Assembly: GCA_047611865.1 (NCBI GenBank)
Contig: JBLFWS010000103.1
Span: 1-12,242 of the forward strand
From: Chlamydiales bacterium
GTDB lineage: Bacteria > Chlamydiota > Chlamydiia > Chlamydiales > JBDQID01
Length of the DNA: 12,242 nt
Reading direction: 5' to 3'
The notes under the pieces were generated by a model. That model did not search any database. It saw only the letters and a list, made by a program, of their open reading frames with translations, and was not told the origin of the DNA. Below are positions 6,981-12,242 of the stretch, piece after piece. Each line of letters starts with the position of its first letter. Within the stretch, counting starts at the first letter, position 1. A program made the position numbers and the translations under genes.

Positions 6981-7031
6981 GACTAGAGGTTTTTTATTTG
7001 AAAACATTATCCAAATACACCATCTTTCTAG

Positions 7032-7928
7032 GTGGTGTATACTAAACAAGGAAATGGAAACTTGAAAACCCCAGAAACAAACAGCAAAGAAATAAACTAC
7101 ATCATTAATGAGTTAAACTTATCAGCAAGAGTATGGAACAATCCCTCTCCCAAAAATGATGTCACCGTATTAGCTATTCACGGGTGGCTGGACAATGCCA
7201 ATTCCTTCTCGTTTCTCGCTCCCCTTCTCGAGGCTAAACAAGTTATTGCATTGGATCTCCCTGGGCACGGATTTTCAGACCACCGCCCTACAGACGAGGA
7301 CTATAACATCACAAAATATGTAGAGGAACTCATAGACCTCATCAAAGAGGGAAGTTTGGAAAAACCCCTGGCACTCATAGGTCACTCTCTTGGTGGTGGC
7401 ATCTCCACTCTTGTTGCCTCTCACCCCGGCAATCACTTTGAACAACTCATTCTGCTTGATGCCCTCGGCCCCTATTCCTCCGATACAGATCCTGACAAAC
7501 AAATCCTCTATGAAAAAAATACCAAAGTTTCCAAAACTACTTACCCATCATTCCAAGCTGCCGTCACACGCCGAACCACCACCTTAACAGGAAAAATTTC
7601 CCAAGAAGATGCGATAAGTCTCGCCGAAAGAGGCTTGCAACTTGCTAAAGAAGGATACCGATGGAGACACGACAGCAAGCTCTTACTGAAAACTGCCCGG
7701 ATGACAGAAAAAGAAGTACTCGATGCCATAAAAAACATCAAAATTCCGGTATGTATAATTGAAGCTAAAAAAGGAATTTTAAGAAAATTTCCAGCCTTCC
7801 AAAACAGACTCGATGCCATAGTTGACCTCACTCACCACGTAATTGATGGCGGGCATCATTTCCATATGTCAGACCAATGCAATGCTGCGGCGCAACTAAT
7901 CAATCAATTTCTAAGAAGAATACCCTAG
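7032..7928 (+). CDS. Alpha/beta fold hydrolase (serine hydrolase)
   Basis: LAIHGWLDNANSF, ALDLPGHG.S, nucleophile elbow GHSLGG, and catalytic His region GGHHFHM. Start uncertain (GTG 7032 or TTG 7062). Confidence 0.9.
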   Translation: MVYTKQGNGNLKTPETNSKEINYIINELNLSARVWNNPSPKNDVTVLAIHGWLDNANSFSFLAPLLEAKQVIALDLPGHGFSDHRPTDEDYNITKYVEELIDLIKEGSLEKPLALIGHSLGGGISTLVASHPGNHFEQLILLDALGPYSSDTDPDKQILYEKNTKVSKTTYPSFQAAVTRRTTTLTGKISQEDAISLAERGLQLAKEGYRWRHDSKLLLKTARMTEKEVLDAIKNIKIPVCIIEAKKGILRKFPAFQNRLDAIVDLTHHVIDGGHHFHMSDQCNAAAQLINQFLRRIP

Positions 7929-8041
7929 GTCGTGTATTAAAATTAGGGGATGTCTGATTTTGAGGGCATTTTTTTGTGATTTTGAATTGTATGAGGCACT
8001 CCATACTTAGATAAGTAAGCGAGCCGAGTACAATTTAAAAG

Positions 8042-8233
8042 GGCGTTGTTGCATAACTTAATACGTTTACAATCATTTATTTAACCACAGAGAGATAGAA
8101 AAATGCATAAAGTCTCTCAGAATATGCTATCAACTGATCTGTGATTTTTCATTTTCTCTGTGCCCTCTGTGATCTCGGTGGTAAAATGTTAATCATAAGC
8201 CTCTTGTAGACGCATGCTTTATGTAACAACACC
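8042..8233. mobile_element. 192-bp nested MITE D with IS1/ISPna2-like GGnnnTG ends and 9-bp TSD
   Basis: GGCGTTGTTGCATAA (8042-8056) matches TTATGTAACAACACC (8219-8233) at 13/15, and 8061-8072 matches 8204-8215 at 10/12. ATTTAAAAG is duplicated at 8033-8041 and 8234-8242. Confidence 0.85.
8080..8186. repeat. ACCACAGAG.../...CTCTGTG-type inverted repeat element inside MITE D
   Basis: TTTAACCACAGAGA (8080-8093) matches TCTCGGTGGTAAAA (8173-8186) at 12/14. The right arm has 9-bp periodic units CTCTGTGCC-CTCTGTGAT-CTCGGTGGT. Confidence 0.7.
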
Positions 8234-8290
8234 ATTTAAAAGTACTGAAAAAGGCTCGGAAAGCAGCGTTCCGTAATTTTAATACACGAC

Positions 8291-9103
8291 CTAGATTTTC
8301 CGAGAAGCAATGAAAAAATCGGGACTATCATAAGCCATAAATTCCTCCAGTTGGTCGGGAGTAATCTGCTGCTCCTTGTCTGTCCAGGCTTTGTCAGGAC
8401 GGCAATGAACCTCTACCATATAACCGTCAAAAACATACTCTCTAGACTGCTGCATGACCTCGAAAACATTTTCACGGGATCCACCAATATGAGAGGGATC
8501 CAGTATCATAGGGACACATGTCTGGCAACGAACTTCCATGGCCATATCCATATCGGGTAAATTCCTGTAGCCACATGGATTGTCCTGCATTCCCGGAGAA
8601 AATCCACGATGACACATAATCAAACGATCCAAAGGAAAGCCTGTTTCCACGATATGTTCGAAAATACCCAACCAGTGTTTTTTGTCGTACCAAACCTGAT
8701 TCTTTACCATCAGATACACCTGACCTGATCCAGTAGACAAAACACGGGCTATCTCTTTCTGCTCAAAGTGATTTTGATTACGTGCCCCAATCCAAACAAC
8801 AGCTCGTGCTTCCTTTCCGTAGGCTTGCACTCTTTTGTCAATCATAAGAGCGTGCCTTCCCGTCATAACCTCTGTCGCAGGAATAAGCCCTAAAGGTATC
8901 GTCTCTTCAAGTAAGACCGAAATACCATCATCCCCCATCCCCTCCCAACCAGGACGAGTACGAGGCTTCCAGAGAGAAGCTCTAACTACTCTAACTCCTC
9001 GTTCCTTCAACTCTTTAACATTTTCTTTCAGTTGTTCTCGCGTCTCCAAAGCACAGGATCCTGCAATAACGATATGTCCATTTTCATTGTAAAGTGATTC
9101 CAT
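8291..9103 (-). CDS. 3-deoxy-7-phosphoheptulonate (DAHP) synthase, class I-beta, catalytic barrel only
   Basis: IAGSCALE, WKPRTRP (KPRT is DAHP-type rather than the KANRS of KdsA), WIGAR, CHRGF, DPSHIGG, MVEVH..P..AWTDKEQQ; 270 aa. Confidence 0.88.
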   Translation of the reverse strand: MESLYNENGHIVIAGSCALETREQLKENVKELKERGVRVVRASLWKPRTRPGWEGMGDDGISVLLEETIPLGLIPATEVMTGRHALMIDKRVQAYGKEARAVVWIGARNQNHFEQKEIARVLSTGSGQVYLMVKNQVWYDKKHWLGIFEHIVETGFPLDRLIMCHRGFSPGMQDNPCGYRNLPDMDMAMEVRCQTCVPMILDPSHIGGSRENVFEVMQQSREYVFDGYMVEVHCRPDKAWTDKEQQITPDQLEEFMAYDSPDFFIASRKI

Positions 9104-9283
9104 TCTTGCAATTCCTTATCCTATGCCTATTATTTGAGCGCATCTTATCTATTCAAAATAGATGAACATAGAAGCTTATAACAAAACCCTATTTATTCGG
9201 GAATTCCTCATCGCCTTATCCATCTGTTTCATATTTCTTTTCTTTATGGTAAATATTTTTTAGACCAACTAAATGAGTTCACC

Positions 9284-9805
9284 ATGCCTCAAAATAAAAT
9301 TATTGCTAAAAGCAAAAGGCTCATCCTTAGTCCCCTTACAATGGACGACCTGGACTCCATGCTGGAAATTTTCTCTGATCCCATCGCTATGTCTTTCTCT
9401 CGGGTAAAGAACAGAGAAGAGGTCAAAGTACGTATTCAATGGAATCTGGACAGCTATAGAGACAACAGCTTTGGACTATGGGCCTGTAAGTTAAAAGATT
9501 CCGGTCAATTTATAGGCTGCTGCGGGATACTCCTGCACCCTGACATCGGGGGACAAGAAGAAAAAGAAATCTCCTATCACTTCATACGAAATTTTTGGGG
9601 GTTTGGCTATGCCTCTGAAGCTGCAAGAGCCTGCCGAGACTACGGCTTTGAAACACTCCGTGTACCCCGACTCATCTCCATTATCGACCCTCTACATACA
9701 GCCTCACAAAAAGTAGCGGAAAGAATGGGAATGAAACTGGAAAAAGAAGTCCAGTGGCTTCAGAGAAATTTCAATGTATTTTCGATAGGAAACCCGTCGA
9801 TATAA
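9284..9805 (+). CDS. GNAT N-acetyltransferase, RimJ/RimL family
   Basis: RLIL.PLT.DD, FGLWA...K.SGQFIG.CG, EISYH....FWGFGYASEAA, ASQKVAERMGM..E. Confidence 0.9.
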   Translation: MPQNKIIAKSKRLILSPLTMDDLDSMLEIFSDPIAMSFSRVKNREEVKVRIQWNLDSYRDNSFGLWACKLKDSGQFIGCCGILLHPDIGGQEEKEISYHFIRNFWGFGYASEAARACRDYGFETLRVPRLISIIDPLHTASQKVAERMGMKLEKEVQWLQRNFNVFSIGNPSI

Positions 9806-9940
9806 TCCCAAAAAAAAATACGCCATCTACATAAAAATCCAGAAAGCTCGGACTTTGGGCTAAACTCCCCTCCTAACTCCTTAGCTTGTTAATTTATAAG
9901 TTCCTCGTCGGGATTGGTATGGATACATTTCAATAAAATA

Positions 9941-10019
9941 AAGACCGAAGGTCTTAAATACTGCCAGCCCTGGGTTAATAATCATTAAATAATTTAGCTC
10001 TGTAAGAACGATATATTCC
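9941..10019. repeat. Dispersed REP-like repeat, copy 2
   Basis: Perfect hairpin AAGACC-GAA-GGTCTT (9941-9955), followed by the segment 9967-10019 that is similar to 432-485. Confidence 0.7.
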
Positions 10020-10039
10020 GATGCTGACTCCAGAACTCC

Positions 10040-10591
10040 TCAATAAAAGCCCAATCCCTTTATGTCGTCATAAGACAATGATTCAAAATCTCGATAAAAT
10101 TGCACAGCATCAGTATATCCATAGGTTTTTAGAAATCCCGCATTTGGTACCCTTCCTACAGCTTGGTATGAAAGAGATTCCCACAACGCTAAAGAAGCCT
10201 CGTTACTCGCATAAACCAAATTGAAAAGGGAAGACCTATAACCCAATGCCTTTCCCACATAGGGGAAAATCGAGGCCATAATACGGCCCAATCCCTTTCC
10301 CCTATAGCTTTGCTCAGTTATAAACCCCCCGTTACAAATATGAGAAGACCGTCCAGGAAAATTTGGCTTCACATAAAACGTACCCAACACCACATCATGA
10401 CTTTCATCATCAGGATCCTGTAGTCGCAGCACAAAAGCATCCCCGGAAAGAAAGTAAGCCCTGAAATTGCTTTCATCCATAAGCGATTTATAAGGATAGG
10501 TGTTCCCTTCTTCAATTTCCAAGTTGAGTAGGGCTCTCACCTCTTCAAAATCCCTCTCTTCCTGAAAATACTCTATTTTCAAACTACCCAA
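10040..10591 (-). CDS. GNAT N-acetyltransferase, Mpr1/Aca1/Spt10-like
   Basis: EGNTYP, LGTFYVKPNFPGRSSHICNGGF, acetyl-CoA motif RGKGLG, GYRSSLFNLVYASN.AS..LWESL, GRVPNAG, DA..FY; TTG start. Confidence 0.88.
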   Translation of the reverse strand: MGSLKIEYFQEERDFEEVRALLNLEIEEGNTYPYKSLMDESNFRAYFLSGDAFVLRLQDPDDESHDVVLGTFYVKPNFPGRSSHICNGGFITEQSYRGKGLGRIMASIFPYVGKALGYRSSLFNLVYASNEASLALWESLSYQAVGRVPNAGFLKTYGYTDAVQFYRDFESLSYDDIKGLGFY

Positions 10592-10693
10592 TTTCTAACT
10601 GTCAAACAGAAGGGGCAACCAAGACACTGCAGGCCTAATAATCTTGTCACTTTTATCCGCTATATAAGCCATAAAACTCCCCCTATAAACAAC

Positions 10694-11578
10694 TTATAAG
10701 CTGTAAATAAGCCGGATTTTAAAAGTTTGATCCGTTTTCTTTTTTCCCTTTGCTGGTCGCGATTTTGAAGTGATTTTATCCTCAACGGACAAGTTCCATT
10801 TATCATTAAGCTTAAATTTTAATGAGGGATTCGCACTCAAAATGTAATCGTCTGCTTTCTCAAGAACTGGACGCATATCTAAATAAAAACCCGCAACAGC
10901 TGTTTCAAGTAAATCGTTCAACTTCATGTATTCCAGAAAATTACCCAAGCTCGTCTTCTCACAAATCTCTCTCCTCACAAACCTACCCAAATGCCACTTG
11001 TAATCCATACCTAAGTACAAACGCCAGTTCCCCGAGAATGTTCCTGAAAGATCCCAATCATCTACTCGCGATATCCCAATTGAACTGTCAAAATAATGTG
11101 GCTCGGAAACATCTCGCTTAAAAGCCTCCTCAAACATTTGAGTTATTCCAACAATATCTTCAATTCGCCGGTCTAGGTTCTTAAATTCATCGGAGCTCAT
11201 TTCCACCTTAACAAACCAACTTAACTTCTCAAGATACTGCTTCTCAAATTTCCAGGAGATGTCCCAATTACGCTTGTCTGTCTTATTGTTACTCTGATTA
11301 AAAGCATAACTCCCTTCCCAATTCGTTCTACGATACTTGCCACTCTTACCTGTCCTGAAAAAAGGATGAGTCGCTTTAGCATTCACATCGAGAGACTGAG
11401 TTTCCGAATTCCCTTTCGTACTACCAAGATCAAAAGAAACCTCTCGTTTCCAAGGAGTGTCCTCATACTCCTCTTCTTGCACGCCTTCCTGGCTGCTATC
11501 CTCTTCGCAAGGGTTCGCATACAAGCAAAGAGGCAGTGATAGGAGCAAAAAAAACCTACAAAACAAGTTCATCTTCAT
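10694..11578 (-). CDS. DUF481 (YdiY-like) outer-membrane beta-barrel protein
   Basis: Signal peptide, acidic linker, W...VSF....TKGNSET, DEFKNLDRR, and terminal beta strand KKKTD......LIYSL. Confidence 0.8.
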   Translation of the reverse strand: MKMNLFCRFFLLLSLPLCLYANPCEEDSSQEGVQEEEYEDTPWKREVSFDLGSTKGNSETQSLDVNAKATHPFFRTGKSGKYRRTNWEGSYAFNQSNNKTDKRNWDISWKFEKQYLEKLSWFVKVEMSSDEFKNLDRRIEDIVGITQMFEEAFKRDVSEPHYFDSSIGISRVDDWDLSGTFSGNWRLYLGMDYKWHLGRFVRREICEKTSLGNFLEYMKLNDLLETAVAGFYLDMRPVLEKADDYILSANPSLKFKLNDKWNLSVEDKITSKSRPAKGKKKTDQTFKIRLIYSL

Positions 11579-11728
11579 CTATCTGTCTCCAAATTAAATT
11601 AAAATTGGCCACAGGGTAACAAGAACATTTTTTTTTGCGCAATCTTAACCTGATGCTTATCGAAACTTAAAATGAATAACATACAATTAAGCCATCAAAC
11701 AAATCACAATCAAAAAAGGGAGAATGTC

Positions 11729-12028
11729 ATGAAAGCAGGAAGATGCGGTGGTCACCACTCAAGAAGTATGAATGTCAACAACTCAGGACGAGCAGGCAAA
11801 AAATCAGGAAGATACGCCACAAGACAAGACCTAAAGAGCCAAAAGAAAACAGCACAGTATTCAAATAAAATCCGCAGCCAAAGCCGCCGTCAAAACAACG
11901 CCACAGCCAAGTTTAATGGTAAAATGAACCATCAGGTAAGTGCCACCAACAATCAAAGCCAAGCTCTTCCCCCGGAAGTAACACTCGCTCTTTTGATGAT
12001 GACAATAGCTGCGCTCAGCAGAAAATAG
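11729..12028 (+). CDS. Small basic low-complexity hypothetical protein (99 aa)
   Basis: ATG at 11729 preceded by GGGAG, preferred over 11672. K/R/Q/N/S-rich with a hydrophobic C-terminal segment, followed by a hairpin. Confidence 0.65.
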   Translation: MKAGRCGGHHSRSMNVNNSGRAGKKSGRYATRQDLKSQKKTAQYSNKIRSQSRRQNNATAKFNGKMNHQVSATNNQSQALPPEVTLALLMMTIAALSRK

Positions 12029-12041
12029 ATAAATTCACATA

Positions 12042-12065
12042 TCCCGGGGTAAACACACCCTGGGA
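12042..12065. terminator. GC-rich hairpin after the 12028 stop
   Basis: TCCCGGGGT-AAACAC-ACCCTGGGA, a 9-bp stem with one G-U pair; weak U-tract. Confidence 0.45.
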
Positions 12066-12116
12066 AATCCCCCCTCTCCTCCATCTTTACACACTTTTAA
12101 CAGCTCATTAATAAGC

Positions 12117-12242
12117 CAATAGTCCAGACAGTTTTAGGCCGCGATGCACCCATATCCACCGAAGCGTGTAAATACCCGTGAGACTTTTTTGTCATTCAGA
12201 TCCAAGTCTAAGTTTTTAAAAAGTATTTTCATGTATTGTTCG
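12117..12242 (-). mobile_element. Probable end of an IS: 3' end of a transposase-like CDS plus terminal repeat
   Basis: Minus frame 12241-12134 reads EQYMKILFKNLDLDLNDKKVSRVFTRFGGYGCIAA*. It is immediately followed by a candidate end, CAATAGTCCAGACAGTTT on the + strand from 12117. Both resemble IS4-superfamily ends as I recall them; only 35 aa are visible. Confidence 0.4.

Larger units (their letters stand above)
7925..8294. mobile_element. Palindromic MITE C (169 bp when empty) interrupted by a nested insertion
   Basis: Perfect 21-bp inverted ends CTAGGTCGTGTATTAAAATTA (7925-7945 / 8274-8294). The arms pair continuously once 8042-8242 is removed. Confidence 0.88.

Noticed and set aside
727..9103. 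Aromatic amino acid or secondary-metabolite cluster (aminotransferase, methyltransferase, DAHP synthase)
   Set aside because: The genes are dispersed, separated by unrelated genes on both strands, and show no operon structure.
8291..9103. KDO8P synthase (kdsA)
   Set aside because: It has KPRT rather than the KANRS motif of KdsA.
9147..9163. Palindrome ATCTATT-CAA-AATAGAT in the divergent promoter region
   Set aside because: It could be an operator, but it is short, AT-rich and single-copy, so chance cannot be excluded.
846..11121. Short ORFs nested in or antisense to the called genes (e.g. 846-1100, 2298-2501, 3658-3975, 5536-5823, 7541-7831, 8835-9092, 10021-10224, 10822-11121)
   Set aside because: These are shadow frames of well-supported genes with no recognisable motifs.

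Overview
AT-rich bacterial chromosomal window. An environmental Chlamydiae/PVC-like host is my impression only and cannot be shown from this window. It carries about 11 unrelated genes: a HisC-like aminotransferase, a YedJ-like HD hydrolase, a SAM methyltransferase coupled to coaD, a small membrane protein, a probable exported protein, an alpha/beta hydrolase, a DAHP synthase, two GNATs, a DUF481 barrel and a small basic protein. The most unusual content is intergenic. Most larger gaps hold non-autonomous palindromic elements with readable terminal inverted repeats (TIRs) and target-site duplications (TSDs). These include a three-level nested element at 7925-8294, an ISAs1-type MITE carrying an inverted pair of GTAG-REP-like units at 6515-6980, two tandem 160-168 bp hairpin MITEs at 2841-3179, IS481-like end repeats and dispersed REP-like units. 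The arm mismatches of the long hairpins are biased toward G-U wobble on one strand. Coding oddities are a CoaD with a signal-peptide-like N-terminus and an A10 frameshift that separates an ATG from a signal peptide. All family assignments come from motif recognition, not database searches.
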